Part shown: piece after piece, positions 26,905 to 36,620 of the stretch
Layout of the letters: each line of letters starts with the position of its first letter
Numbering within the stretch: position 1 is the stretch's first letter
DNA from: a virus
Lineage: Duplodnaviria > Caudoviricetes
Length of the DNA: 64,000 nucleotides
Virus record (IMG/VR): IMGVR_UViG_3300031902_000003
Span: 11,824 to 75,823 of that record
Reading direction: 5' to 3' (one strand)
Made by a program: the position numbers and the translations under genes
The notes under the pieces: generated by a model
Told to the model about the DNA's origin: nothing
Seen by the model: the letters and a program-made list of their open reading frames with translations, nothing else
The model's database searches: none

Positions 26905-29034
26905 TTGATTCCTGCTGCTAACGTAAGAACTGTGGCAAGTCGTGGCGTGATGGCTGGTGCAGAGTTTGGTATTTCTCTTGAAGACTCTGCACACATCATG
27001 ACGATCCTTCGGGATACGTTGTACACTGACAAGATCATGGCTGTTCTTCGAGAGTACTCTGCAAATGCATGGGACTCTCATCGAATGGTCGGTAAGCCTG
27101 AGATGCCTATCAAGGTAATCATGCCGACCTACACAGATCCGACGTTGACCATCCAAGACTTCGGCGTTGGTCTGAGCCGAGATGATGTGTTCAACATCTA
27201 TACACAGTATGGTGCTTCAACCAAGCGTGATAGCAACACAGCCGTTGGTATGCTCGGCATCGGTTCCAAGAGTGGATTCGCATACTCTGACATGTTTACT
27301 GTCACTTCACGATTTGGTGGAGTCAAGAGTGTCTACTCTGCAATGCTTGATGCGTCTGACAAAGGCATCATCTCTCTGATCGGTGAGGAACCTTGCGGAG
27401 ATGAGACTGGTATTGCCATCGAGATTCCTGTTAAGACTGAGGATATCGGAGAGTTTGAGGCGAAGGCTTGCCAGCTTTTCCGTCACTTCGATCCTCGTCC
27501 TGATATCAACATTGATCTTCCTGAGTTGCCAGATCTTCTTGGCAAGTTCAAGAATGGCACTCTGTACAACAAGAACATGTACGATACTGGTACGATCGTT
27601 GCAGTCATGGGTTGCGTCCCATATCGATTGAACCTGAACCAGGTAGCTAACTTTAAGGAAGGTATGCCACAGTATATGTGGCAGCTTAATGGAGCTCTTC
27701 ACTTCGACATCGGAGAAGTCCATATCAATGCTTCACGTGAAGAGTTGAAGTACTCTGACCACACAAAGCGGAATGTTCTTGATAAATTGAACAAACTTGT
27801 TGAGGAGTACATCATTGAATCTGTGAAGGCCATCGATGATCCAAACACTTCATGCTGGGATAGACGCATCAAGGCACAGGCTCTTCAGGCATTTAATGTT
27901 CTTGTTCCAAAGCATGTTAGGGGTTTTTGCGACAACTATGTTAAACTTGAAAAGCATATCCCAACGATTGAAGTTGACAGTGGTTTGAACGATGGTAAGA
28001 AGAGAACCATCAAGCTGTTTCACTTTACTGGCAAGAAGAAGAAGGATCAGGTCGATTCGATCTATATCAACAGCAAGGCAAGGATCATCATCAAGGATAC
28101 TCCGAAGTCTGTTCGCGGGTATAATCTTGGCGACCATGATATCGTCGTCTATCCTAACCGTGAACATCTTAAGAGCTTTACTGATCTACGTACGTTCCTT
28201 GATTGTTTGTTCACGATCACTGATTTGACTGGCATTCCTATTGTCAACATCTCTTCTCTTCCATGGGAATCAAATCGCAGGGATACTGGAGATAGGGTTG
28301 CAAATCCGAAGCATGGCCAGAAGTTCTTTGTCTACAACAACAGTACTTGCACCTCGTGGAGACGCAAATCGCGTGGTGAATCAATGGCATGGGACATCGT
28401 TGACCATGTTCCATCGAAGGAAGATGTCTACGTAGAGATTGAACACTTTAAGTGTAATATCGATCTTCCTCGCATCTATAGTTCAGACAAGATTCTGTTT
28501 GAGAAGTTTGGAATCACGATGCCTCCAATCTATGCATACAAGATTGGCAAGCGCAATCCTTCATGTGCTCGTCTTGGTACTCACTATGAAGTGTGGCGCA
28601 AGGAAACTGCTCAGAACATCATGAAGAACAAGACGTTCATCGAACTTCTTGAAAGAGATTCATGGGTGAAGGCTGTCTATGAGCCTTACTCATATGAATA
28701 CAATCAGCCAAGTTCTAAGACAGTGAAACATCTCAAGACTCTTGGAGAAGGACATCTTGTCTATGAGTTCTTTAAGACCAGAGAATACTACAAGAGTCTT
28801 TTTGCATCTGAGAATGCAAGCGCTCTGATCAATACGATGAAAGGCATTCTCACAGATGCCGATATGAAAATCGACAGTGAGATTCCAATGGAAAAGGTCG
28901 AGTTGATTTATAAGACTTACCCAATTCTTTCCATTCAGGGTTTCAATCTTGTGAACCTTATGTTAAAATCAGATGATAGTGAAAAGCTAATTAACTACAT
29001 CAAGATGGTTGACTCTCAAAAGGACGGTGTATAA
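26905..29034 (+). CDS. rIIA: rIIA-like protein (Hsp90/GHKL ATPase N-terminus)
   Basis: LREYSANAWDSH, IQDFGVGLS, YGASTK and GMLGIGSKSGFAY; immediately upstream of rIIB; TTG start. Confidence 0.85.
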   Translation: MIPAANVRTVASRGVMAGAEFGISLEDSAHIMTILRDTLYTDKIMAVLREYSANAWDSHRMVGKPEMPIKVIMPTYTDPTLTIQDFGVGLSRDDVFNIYTQYGASTKRDSNTAVGMLGIGSKSGFAYSDMFTVTSRFGGVKSVYSAMLDASDKGIISLIGEEPCGDETGIAIEIPVKTEDIGEFEAKACQLFRHFDPRPDINIDLPELPDLLGKFKNGTLYNKNMYDTGTIVAVMGCVPYRLNLNQVANFKEGMPQYMWQLNGALHFDIGEVHINASREELKYSDHTKRNVLDKLNKLVEEYIIESVKAIDDPNTSCWDRRIKAQALQAFNVLVPKHVRGFCDNYVKLEKHIPTIEVDSGLNDGKKRTIKLFHFTGKKKKDQVDSIYINSKARIIIKDTPKSVRGYNLGDHDIVVYPNREHLKSFTDLRTFLDCLFTITDLTGIPIVNISSLPWESNRRDTGDRVANPKHGQKFFVYNNSTCTSWRRKSRGESMAWDIVDHVPSKEDVYVEIEHFKCNIDLPRIYSSDKILFEKFGITMPPIYAYKIGKRNPSCARLGTHYEVWRKETAQNIMKNKTFIELLERDSWVKAVYEPYSYEYNQPSSKTVKHLKTLGEGHLVYEFFKTREYYKSLFASENASALINTMKGILTDADMKIDSEIPMEKVELIYKTYPILSIQGFNLVNLMLKSDDSEKLINYIKMVDSQKDGV

Positions 29035-30104
29035 TGAATTACACGATGACGAATGACACTGTAACTGTGTATCACAACGGCAAGAACAACACTGTTCGGC
29101 GAGGGGCATCGAACTTCATGCAGCTTCGCAATGCTCTGGCTGCAGAGGATTGGGTTGCAGCTGAGCTGGCTCTTTCTGTGAAGACTGCTCTGCTTGCATG
29201 GGCCAAGGGTAAGTTCAAGATTGAAGGAAACATTATCACCCATGATGGCGAGGAACTTCCTCAGGCTCTCTCTCAGCGAATCATGAAGATGTCTGAGCTT
29301 GGTGAAGATGCAGGACCGGTCTGTAAGTTCTGGGAGAAGCTCAAGAAGAATCCTTCAAAGCGATCAGTTGATCAGCTCTGGCCGTTCCTTGACCAGAAGG
29401 GAATTCCTTTGACTCCAGAAGGTAACTTCCTTGCCTATAAGGGTGTTCGCAGCGACTTCAAGGATGCTCATTCTGGAATGTTTGATAACAGTCCTGGTGC
29501 TGTCAATGAGATGCCTCGCAACAAGATCTCCGATGATCCCAACGAGGCATGTCATGAAGGGTTTCACGTCGGTGCTCTTGAGTACGCCAGAACCTTCTCT
29601 GAACGTGTGGTCATTTGTGAAGTCGATCCCGCCGATGTTGTCTGCATTCCTTACGATCATTCTCACCAGAAGATGCGAGTCTCCAAGTATAAGGTCATCG
29701 GTAACCACAATGGACAGTTCCTGTCGAATACTGTGAACGATGCAGAGATTCCTGATATCGACGTTGACATGGATGACGATGACAATCAGTGTCAGGATGG
29801 TGATTGTGGTTGGTGTGACAACTGCGACGATGAACAGAATGATGAACCCTGTGATGACTGCAGTGGGTGTGATGACTGCGATCCAAAGGAAGAAGTCAGA
29901 GTTGTTGCACCAGTCGGCTTCATTGTCCCGAAGAAGTATGACAGGTTTCAGAAGCTTGAAACCTTTCAGCTTTTCAACGAGACCATGGAAACTCTTAGGG
30001 ATTACGCTCGAAATGGCCTGAAGATCGTCGGTGCATCAAAGATTCCAGGTGGGAAGATTGCATTGGTCGATGTCATCGAGAGGACCAGAGACTCACGGAA
30101 GTGA
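29034..30104 (+). CDS. rIIB: rIIB-like protein
   Basis: FLAYKGVR, EMPRNKISDDPNEACHEGFHVG and EVDPADVVCIPYD. Confidence 0.85.
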   Translation: MNYTMTNDTVTVYHNGKNNTVRRGASNFMQLRNALAAEDWVAAELALSVKTALLAWAKGKFKIEGNIITHDGEELPQALSQRIMKMSELGEDAGPVCKFWEKLKKNPSKRSVDQLWPFLDQKGIPLTPEGNFLAYKGVRSDFKDAHSGMFDNSPGAVNEMPRNKISDDPNEACHEGFHVGALEYARTFSERVVICEVDPADVVCIPYDHSHQKMRVSKYKVIGNHNGQFLSNTVNDAEIPDIDVDMDDDDNQCQDGDCGWCDNCDDEQNDEPCDDCSGCDDCDPKEEVRVVAPVGFIVPKKYDRFQKLETFQLFNETMETLRDYARNGLKIVGASKIPGGKIALVDVIERTRDSRK

Positions 30105-30111
30105 TCTGAGT

Positions 30112-30140
30112 TGTACTTCTTGAAGTGAAAGGGTTATAAT
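30112..30140 (+). promoter_or_regulatory. Phage early promoter, leaderless start at 30147
   Basis: TGTACT-TCTTGAA...-TATAAT with 17-bp spacer; ATG 6 nt downstream. Confidence 0.8.
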
Positions 30141-30146
30141 AGCTTC

Positions 30147-31613
30147 ATGATCGACTCCAACCGTCAATGGTCAGAGCAGCAGAAGGTTATTTTCAATCAC
30201 TTCAAGACCGGTAAGGGGAACGTGGTGGTCAGAGCTCGGGCTGGTACCGGGAAGACCACCACGATCCTCGAGGGGATTAGCTACGCTCCTGAAGGCAAGA
30301 TTCTTCTGGCTGCCTTCAACAAGAAGATCGCCGAGGAACTGAAGCTTAAACTCAAGAATTCTAATGCTGAAGCCAAGACTCTGCATTCTATTGGATTTGG
30401 TTTCATCCTTCGGAACTGGACCAATGTGACTGTGGACGCAGACCGCGGTCTTCGTCTTGCTCGGCAGGCCATGGGTAACTCTGCTCCAGATCCTATTGTG
30501 TTGCTGGTTAAGCGACTGGCCGAGAAGGGGAAGAACATGTTTCCCTTTCCCACTGAAGCTCAGATGGTTGATACTGCATATGCATTCGACCTTGAGCCTG
30601 ATGAACAGTGGGAGGAAGATGGTTGGAACATCGATGCAGTTGTTATCGGTGCAATGCGAGCCATGGAACTTGCCTGCGTCAAGGACGGAACCATCGACTT
30701 CGACGACATGGTCTTCCTTCCCGTCCGTAATAAGTGGGTCAAGGGTCGTTATGACATGGTCGTGATCGATGAAGCTCAAGACATGAATGCAACTCAGATC
30801 ACTCTGGCTCGTGGAATTTGCAAGCCAACTGGCCGAATCTTCGTTATCGGTGATGACCGCCAGGCAATCTATGGCTTCCGCGGGGCAGACTCTGGTTCCA
30901 TTGATCGTCTTAAGAAAGAACTGAATGCAACCGAAACTGGTCTGACCATCACTTACCGTTGTCCTAAGATGATTGTCAAATCTGCCCAGAAGCTTGTTCC
31001 AGACTATGTGGCTGCTCCTACTGCACCGGAGGGTGTGATTGAAGATATTGGCTTTGAGAAGCTTCATGAACTTGCTGATCGTGGCAATTTCGTTCTTAGC
31101 CGTAAGAATGCTCCTCTCGCGAAGGTATGTCTCCGTCTTCTCCGTCATGGTAAGCGTGCTATGATCGAGGGTAAGGACGTTGGTAATAGTCTTGTTGCTC
31201 TCGTGAAGCGTGTGGGTGGCAAGAGCATGCCTGACTTCCTGACCAAGCTGACCAAGTGGGAGGAGAAGCAGATCAAGCGCTTCAAGGCTATCGGTAAGAA
31301 GTCAGCCGAAGACAAGATCGAGGGTGTGAGGGATCAGGCTGAAACTCTCCGAGCTCTTGCTGAAGGTATGGCTGGTCTCAAGGAACTTCAGACTCGGATC
31401 TCTTCTCTCTTTACCGAGACTCCTGGTGGAAAGGCTGACTACATCATCTGCAGCTCTGTCCACAAGAGCAAGGGTCTGGAGTCTGATACTGTCTTCATCC
31501 TTCGTGATACGCTTTATCCTGGTGGTCGGATGGACCTCGAGGAGCAGAATATCGAATATGTAGCTATCACTCGCGCCAAGCGGAAGTTGGTGTGGGTTAA
31601 CGGAGTCTCATAA
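30147..31613 (+). CDS. UvrD/Rep-family superfamily 1 helicase
   Basis: ARAGTGKTT, IDEAQD, GDDRQAIYGFRGA, TYRCP, VHKSKGLE and YVAITRAK. Confidence 0.92.
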   Translation: MIDSNRQWSEQQKVIFNHFKTGKGNVVVRARAGTGKTTTILEGISYAPEGKILLAAFNKKIAEELKLKLKNSNAEAKTLHSIGFGFILRNWTNVTVDADRGLRLARQAMGNSAPDPIVLLVKRLAEKGKNMFPFPTEAQMVDTAYAFDLEPDEQWEEDGWNIDAVVIGAMRAMELACVKDGTIDFDDMVFLPVRNKWVKGRYDMVVIDEAQDMNATQITLARGICKPTGRIFVIGDDRQAIYGFRGADSGSIDRLKKELNATETGLTITYRCPKMIVKSAQKLVPDYVAAPTAPEGVIEDIGFEKLHELADRGNFVLSRKNAPLAKVCLRLLRHGKRAMIEGKDVGNSLVALVKRVGGKSMPDFLTKLTKWEEKQIKRFKAIGKKSAEDKIEGVRDQAETLRALAEGMAGLKELQTRISSLFTETPGGKADYIICSSVHKSKGLESDTVFILRDTLYPGGRMDLEEQNIEYVAITRAKRKLVWVNGVS

Positions 31614-31882
31614 TGCCAAACATATCATCTCTCGTAGACAACATTATTGGTGCCGCAAGACGGTACAAGAAGAACCAACGGCATAGTGGTGGGCGCTATG
31701 GCAAGATCTTCACGACGAATCAACTGATAGACGAGATTGCCGAGACGCTGTTATTGGCTAGAAATGCAGATTATCAATATCTCTTCAGAGCTTGTGATGT
31801 TGGTCCAGTTGCTGAGGAACTTGCTACGCTGATTGAAAATTCAACCCCTGAAAGAATTCCACTTAAGGGTAGGAAGAAGTGA
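31613..31882 (+). CDS. Hypothetical protein
   Basis: TAATG overlap with the helicase stop. Confidence 0.55.
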   Translation: MPNISSLVDNIIGAARRYKKNQRHSGGRYGKIFTTNQLIDEIAETLLLARNADYQYLFRACDVGPVAEELATLIENSTPERIPLKGRKK

Positions 31883-32319
31883 ACAAGATTATCTTTCTAG
31901 ATTTCGACGGTGTCCTCAATACAGAGAGCACTGTTGAACGCATCACTGTTCCTCCATGGTCTGGAATTCGTGGACTAGATAATGAAAAGGTTGTTCTTGT
32001 TTCAGATCTTGCAATTGAAACTGGAGCCGATGTTGTTATCTCTTCATCATGGAGATATCATTTTGACATGCCAGATCTTAAGCAGCTTCTTGTAACCAGA
32101 GGTTGGAAAGCCAATATCATTGGGATGACTCCAATAAAGTTAAGTCTGGATCGTCAGGATGAGATTGCTATGTGGATGGAATTAAATGGAAAGCCAGATA
32201 AGTTTCTTGTTTTAGACGATCTTTACACAAGATACAAAGATAATCAAATTCTAACAAATGATGTCGAAGGATTTCACGCTGGTCTCTATGAGAGAGCTCT
32301 GAAGATTCTTGGTGATTAA
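31879..32319 (+). CDS. HAD domain protein (Swiss-army-knife RNA-repair-like)
   Basis: IIFLDFDGVLN, VVISSSWR and FLVLDD. Confidence 0.8.
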   Translation: MNKIIFLDFDGVLNTESTVERITVPPWSGIRGLDNEKVVLVSDLAIETGADVVISSSWRYHFDMPDLKQLLVTRGWKANIIGMTPIKLSLDRQDEIAMWMELNGKPDKFLVLDDLYTRYKDNQILTNDVEGFHAGLYERALKILGD

Positions 32320-32322
32320 AGT

Positions 32323-32351
32323 TTTCTATCTTGAGTGAAAGGTGTTATAAT
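32323..32351 (+). promoter_or_regulatory. Phage early promoter, probable leaderless start at 32359
   Basis: TCTTGAG spacer element and TGT-TATAAT; ATG 7 nt downstream. Confidence 0.6.
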
Positions 32352-32358
32352 CTTCTAT

Positions 32359-32559
32359 ATGAAAGACAACTCTCTAGGCTTCACAGACGAGCAGCTTGAA
32401 TCTCTTACAAGAGCTCTTACCGAGAGACTGAACAGCTTCTCTCTCTTTCCTCACCAGCGTCTTGGCTTTCCTCCTTTTGCTCAGGGAAAGGATGTCGATC
32501 TTCCCAAGCTTTCTGCCGAGGCAACCTTGAAGAATTTTAAGATGGAGTTCAAGTCATGA
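32359..32559 (+). CDS. Hypothetical protein
   Basis: Start adjusted to the ATG behind the promoter. Confidence 0.6.
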   Translation: MKDNSLGFTDEQLESLTRALTERLNSFSLFPHQRLGFPPFAQGKDVDLPKLSAEATLKNFKMEFKS

Positions 32560-32780
32560 GCACTCCGCGCAAGAAGATTCTCCGCAATGCAGCAAAGTGC
32601 AGGCTTTGTCATGATGTAATCGAATCAAAGGATCGCCATGACTTCGCTCAGTGCAAGTGTGGAGAGATCTTCGTTGATGGAGGTCTTGATTATATCAGAG
32701 CTGGTGCCAAGAACTTTGATAACTTCGAAAGTCTTGCTGAAGTTGAAGGAGATCAAGATGAGAAAGAAAGTAAAGCCTGA
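32556..32780 (+). CDS. Conserved phage zinc-binding protein
   Basis: RNAAKCRLC..IES..RHDF..CKCG...VDGGLDY. Confidence 0.75.
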   Translation: MSTPRKKILRNAAKCRLCHDVIESKDRHDFAQCKCGEIFVDGGLDYIRAGAKNFDNFESLAEVEGDQDEKESKA

Positions 32781-32964
32781 AGTTAAGCCTCGGAATTTTG
32801 TTCTCTGTCCTGCCTGTAATTCAAAGTCTAAAGTTTTGTACAGTGAGATGGGTGGTCTACAGACCAGACAGTGTAGATATGGTCATAGATTCGAGTATGA
32901 TAAGTGGATTGCAGATAGATTGTTCTGGAATCCTGTCGCCAACCCGTATGGAAAGGCTCGATGA
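32758..32964 (+). CDS. Zinc-finger protein
   Basis: CPAC...CRYGH; SD AAGGAG. Confidence 0.6.
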   Translation: MRKKVKPEVKPRNFVLCPACNSKSKVLYSEMGGLQTRQCRYGHRFEYDKWIADRLFWNPVANPYGKAR

Positions 32965-33515
32965 ATTACTTTACTTCTGACACTCACTTCTTTCACTCGA
33001 ACATTATCACTTACTGTAAACGTCCATTCACTTCTCGTGAGGGTGATAAGGAAGTTCCTGATGCGTTCTACATGAATCGTGAGCTGATAAAACGGTGGAA
33101 TGATCGTGTCAAGCCAAACGACATCGTCTATCATCTCGGCGACTTCTCAATGGGTCCAAGGAATCTTCTTCCTACAATCCGCAAGAAGCTTAATGGAACG
33201 ATCGTCCTGATTCGTGGCAATCATGATAGATCTCCAGCCACTATGTTCGAAGCTGGTATAGATCAAGTTCATGAAGATCTTATGATGATGCTCGATGGTC
33301 ATACAGTTTATATGCGTCATAAGCCACTTGGATATGGAGAACCACTCAAGTCAGAGTTCATGTTCTGTGGTCATATTCATGAGCGGTGGCGTCGCATTGG
33401 TAATATGATCAATGTCGGCGTCGATGTCTGGGATTATACTCCAAGAACTTTTGAAGAGCTTATTGCTGCTCCTGAAGATAAGGATACACACCGCTCTGAG
33501 GAGAATGACGAGTGA
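32961..33515 (+). CDS. Calcineurin-like metallophosphoesterase
   Basis: FTSDTHFFH, HLGDF, LIRGNHD and CGHIH. Confidence 0.9.
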   Translation: MNYFTSDTHFFHSNIITYCKRPFTSREGDKEVPDAFYMNRELIKRWNDRVKPNDIVYHLGDFSMGPRNLLPTIRKKLNGTIVLIRGNHDRSPATMFEAGIDQVHEDLMMMLDGHTVYMRHKPLGYGEPLKSEFMFCGHIHERWRRIGNMINVGVDVWDYTPRTFEELIAAPEDKDTHRSEENDE

Positions 33516-34048
33516 AACGAATTCTAATCTCTGCACTTCTTCTCTTCATGAGCTGCGCTGCTGTGAAGACAACTGAGAATGAAGTGGCAATCCACATTAG
33601 ACAAGGTGGATCTCAGTGTTCCACAAGCATCTGTGGTATCACAGCTCAGAATCTTTCGAAGGAAGAATGTATGTTGTTCAATGACTTCGAGTTTGAATTC
33701 TTCGGAGCTCTTACTTCACAGACAAAGATTACTGGCATTCAAGCACAGACTGCGTGCACAAGACTTAGAAACTGGAATGTTGTCGTGGTTGATGCTGACA
33801 ACCACGGATCGTGGCAGCTCGGTAAGACTTGGGTCGATGGAGCAACAACTTGCAAGTCAAGGCTTATTTTCGTAGGACTTCCCGCTGGGTATATTCTCTC
33901 AGCTCTTCCTCATGAAATGTTTCATGCCTTAGAATGTGTTCTTGAAACTCCAGTTAGTGATGACAAGCATTTTGCCTGGAAAGAAAAAGGTTACTGCGAT
34001 GTCATTTCTAAGATGAGCATGAGGCCAGATGGATGCTCAAAGGATTAA
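33512..34048 (+). CDS. Predicted lipoprotein, HExxH metallopeptidase family member 1
   Basis: Signal peptide ending FMS-C; HEMFH...KHFAWKEKGY. Confidence 0.65.
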   Translation: MKRILISALLLFMSCAAVKTTENEVAIHIRQGGSQCSTSICGITAQNLSKEECMLFNDFEFEFFGALTSQTKITGIQAQTACTRLRNWNVVVVDADNHGSWQLGKTWVDGATTCKSRLIFVGLPAGYILSALPHEMFHALECVLETPVSDDKHFAWKEKGYCDVISKMSMRPDGCSKD

Positions 34049-34073
34049 CATCTGATCACCCACGTTGGCATAT

Positions 34074-34151
34074 GGAGTGACGAGGCCTATCAGCCATTAG
34101 AATACTCATCCTATTAATCTCGTCCCTTCTGAGTGTCACTGGCTCCCTTAG
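34074..34151. repeat. Dispersed inverted-repeat element, copy 1
   Basis: GGAGTGACGAG-34 nt-CTCGTCCCTTCTGAGTGTCACTGGCTCCCTTAG; last 33 bp identical to 43249-43281. Confidence 0.8.
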
Positions 34152-34180
34152 TGTACTTCTTGAATTAGACATGTTATAAT
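34152..34180 (+). promoter_or_regulatory. Phage early promoter, leaderless start at 34187
   Basis: TGTACT-TCTTGAA...-TATAAT; ATG 6 nt downstream. Confidence 0.8.
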
Positions 34181-34186
34181 CTTCTT

Positions 34187-34351
34187 ATGAATAAGAAAGC
34201 CAAGATCGATCCGAATAAGTTGAAGACCAGAGACTACTTCATGTTGAAGGTTATTTCTGGTGTCACGAAGGCTGGCACTTTCAAGGACCGTAAGAAGCAG
34301 AAGAACAAGATGTCTTGCCGTGAAAATATTTCGAGGGAGATTTGGTCATGA
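34187..34351 (+). CDS. Small basic protein (54 aa, not in ORF track)
   Basis: MNKKAKIDPNKLKTRDYFML...; leaderless position; stop overlaps a 36-aa CPHC/CFRC ORF starting at 34348. Confidence 0.6.
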   Translation: MNKKAKIDPNKLKTRDYFMLKVISGVTKAGTFKDRKKQKNKMSCRENISREIWS

Positions 34352-34454
34352 AGCCAGTTGAAGTCATTTGGTTTCCGAAGCTCTGTCCTCACTGCAAGGG
34401 TATCATGCGGTGGGCGTATGTTCGCTGGGTTTGTTTCCGTTGTGAGGAGAATGA

Positions 34455-34676
34455 ATGAGCACTGCAAACTTTGGAAACATTGTTGGTCGAGATGTTTGGT
34501 TCTCTAAGGTCATCGATGGAGACAAGGACAAATACGGCACGATCATTGCCGCTGACGTTGGCGATCGTGGCATTCGTGTCTATGTTGAAGATATCGTTCT
34601 TGGTTCAATCTGGCAGAGGGAACTGTATCTTGTTAAGTTTAACAAGGATCTAGAAACTGACGAGGAGTATCCATAA
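34455..34676 (+). CDS. Hypothetical SH3-like protein
   Basis: SD GAGGAG. Confidence 0.6.
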   Translation: MSTANFGNIVGRDVWFSKVIDGDKDKYGTIIAADVGDRGIRVYVEDIVLGSIWQRELYLVKFNKDLETDEEYP

Positions 34677-34677
34677 C

Positions 34678-35220
34678 ATGCGATTTGCTTTAATTCTCGG
34701 TATCATGCTTACAGGATGTATAGGATGTAGTCCACGTAACGGTCTTATCTCCACGATGTGCGGAGCTGCGCTTGTAGTAGATGATCATCCGTATCCAGCC
34801 TCGATGCAGTATGCCAGCTTTCGTCCTGAAGATCAATTGTTATGGACTCAGGAAGATCTAGACAATGCTGAGACTACCGCTATCGTTCATCTTAATGACC
34901 TTCCGACTCTGATGTCTGGAGATCATCTTTGCAATAGACTTAGAACAGTGACAATCATTCAGGAACCGAATTCGGTATGGATAGATCCTTGGAGGCGAGA
35001 CGTTGCAGGGATGACAGAGTGTGACTTGTCACGCATCTATATTGGAACAGGACCATACAGAGATAATGCATATGCGCATGAACTTGCGCATCTTGCGCAG
35101 AATTGTAATTCTCCACTTCCTATCGACGAACATCTAGATTATGACCATTCCAATTGGAACCGAGACGGGATCTATGACGCTATATTTCTGTCTCAGGGAT
35201 ATGTGCGGAGCATTCATTGA
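34678..35220 (+). CDS. Predicted lipoprotein, HExxH metallopeptidase family member 2
   Basis: Lipobox LTG-C; HELAH...DHSNWNRDGIY. Confidence 0.65.
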   Translation: MRFALILGIMLTGCIGCSPRNGLISTMCGAALVVDDHPYPASMQYASFRPEDQLLWTQEDLDNAETTAIVHLNDLPTLMSGDHLCNRLRTVTIIQEPNSVWIDPWRRDVAGMTECDLSRIYIGTGPYRDNAYAHELAHLAQNCNSPLPIDEHLDYDHSNWNRDGIYDAIFLSQGYVRSIH

Positions 35221-35456
35221 GACTCGTTCTACTTCTGCTCTTCACTTCATGCATCTCATGGCAGCCTTCAGCTAGAGCCAGCGCTCGCTGGGCCGAGAGC
35301 CAGAGACTTAGGCAATGTCTGGAGTCTACAAATTGTATGTATCCTCAGCTCTGTCGTGAGGAATCTAATGTGAGATGTAGAGCTATGGGACTTGAACGTG
35401 GCTGTGGTATCGATGATCTTTGGGGAAGACCTTTGAACTGTAATAGGAATTATTGA
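35217..35456 (+). CDS. Small Cys-rich predicted lipoprotein
   Basis: LLLLFTS-C lipobox-like; several further Cys. Confidence 0.55.
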   Translation: MRLVLLLLFTSCISWQPSARASARWAESQRLRQCLESTNCMYPQLCREESNVRCRAMGLERGCGIDDLWGRPLNCNRNY

Positions 35457-35485
35457 TATACTTCTGGAGATAGAAGTGTTATAAT
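35457..35485 (+). promoter_or_regulatory. Phage early promoter
   Basis: TATACT-17 bp-TATAAT followed by GGTCTCATAAT. Confidence 0.7.
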
Positions 35486-35494
35486 GGTCTCATA

Positions 35495-35950
35495 ATGAAA
35501 ACCACCACTACTGAAAAGTATACCCTTGGTAAGTACCACCTCGAAAACAGCATGGAGAGGATGATGGATCTCGTATGCTGTGGTCTGGAGAGCGGAACTT
35601 ATGGTTCCTTCTGCATTGTTAAGTACGTGAAGCCTGAGAAGATTGAGTTCACGATCGATACTATTGGAGGCAATACCAACTACGCAGATTGTGCAGTCTA
35701 CAAGCACATCGACTATCCTTTCAATCACGGTGGTGCTGTGATCTTCAAGATCAAGGATGACTACTGCGATTCCGAGGAAGATGACAAGCAGCGCTTCACT
35801 CTTGATCGTGAGGCTCTCATGCGCGGCATGCAGATTCTGATGGAAAAGTATCCTCGAATCTACGGGGACTGGATCAAGGATAACGAAGACGCTCTGACCG
35901 GTGACGCTTTCATCCAGTGTTGTCTTCTTGGGGAAGTGGTTTATGGTTAA
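35495..35950 (+). CDS. Hypothetical phage protein
   Basis: ORF behind promoter; ends DAFIQCCLLGEVVYG. Confidence 0.7.
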   Translation: MKTTTTEKYTLGKYHLENSMERMMDLVCCGLESGTYGSFCIVKYVKPEKIEFTIDTIGGNTNYADCAVYKHIDYPFNHGGAVIFKIKDDYCDSEEDDKQRFTLDREALMRGMQILMEKYPRIYGDWIKDNEDALTGDAFIQCCLLGEVVYG

Positions 35951-36221
35951 CGCGAACGACCTGTTCTTGAACATCTGGTCTTCTAGACTTAACTCTGAAG
36001 ACTACGATCAGCCGGGATCAGATGACTGGGAAAAGAATCGCAATCGTATTCATCATGATTACTTGAAAGCTTGGATCGATTGCCAGAAGCTTGTAGAGCA
36101 TCTGAACCAGTTTGATTATCTTTCGAATGCTGTTAACACGATCAAGTCAGAGACTCAAAGTACTGGTCCATGTATGTGTGGAAGTATTGAATGCAGTGTC
36201 TGCGGTATGGAGGACGTATAA
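35943..36221 (+). CDS. Hypothetical protein
   Basis: Start adjusted to ATG 35943. Confidence 0.55.
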   Translation: MVNANDLFLNIWSSRLNSEDYDQPGSDDWEKNRNRIHHDYLKAWIDCQKLVEHLNQFDYLSNAVNTIKSETQSTGPCMCGSIECSVCGMEDV

Positions 36222-36457
36222 TGCCTGACGTAGATGGTATCCCGATTGAGAAGTATAATCGCCTTGTCTGTGATGCGATTGAAGACATTGAACGAGTTGG
36301 TGGATATATCTCGTTCAGTGGCCAGAGTTCATGTGATGACCTTGAATCTGGTTGCCTCGGTTGGGATGGAGTTTCTTACCGTTGTTCTTGCGGTAACCGC
36401 AGAGTTTACTGGGAGATCTCGGATGACGGAGAAAGTGTATATGCCTGTGCCAATTGA
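36221..36457 (+). CDS. Hypothetical protein
   Basis: SD GGAGG; CLGWDGVSYRCSCGNRRVYW. Confidence 0.65.
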   Translation: MPDVDGIPIEKYNRLVCDAIEDIERVGGYISFSGQSSCDDLESGCLGWDGVSYRCSCGNRRVYWEISDDGESVYACAN

Positions 36458-36620
36458 TAACTCTTGTCTAGAAGCTCAGAGGAAATTGAATGTTGTTATC
36501 CGCAAGTTCAACGATGCTTGTAATGATTCAGACGATCCTGTCGGAACTCTGATGATCATGAAGGAGATGGCCAAGATCTATTCTGAACTTAAGCATCTCC
36601 TTGAACCGAGTTCTGGTTAG
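36441..36620 (+). CDS. Hypothetical protein
   Basis: Last + strand ORF before the inverted module. Confidence 0.5.
   Translation: MPVPIDNSCLEAQRKLNVVIRKFNDACNDSDDPVGTLMIMKEMAKIYSELKHLLEPSSG

Noticed and set aside
30171-31148. Long antisense ORFs (also 8398-9168, 19552-20262, 46990-47703, 48152-48880, 50014-50571)
   Set aside because: They shadow well-supported genes on the opposite strand, lack SD or promoter support and have no recognisable motifs.
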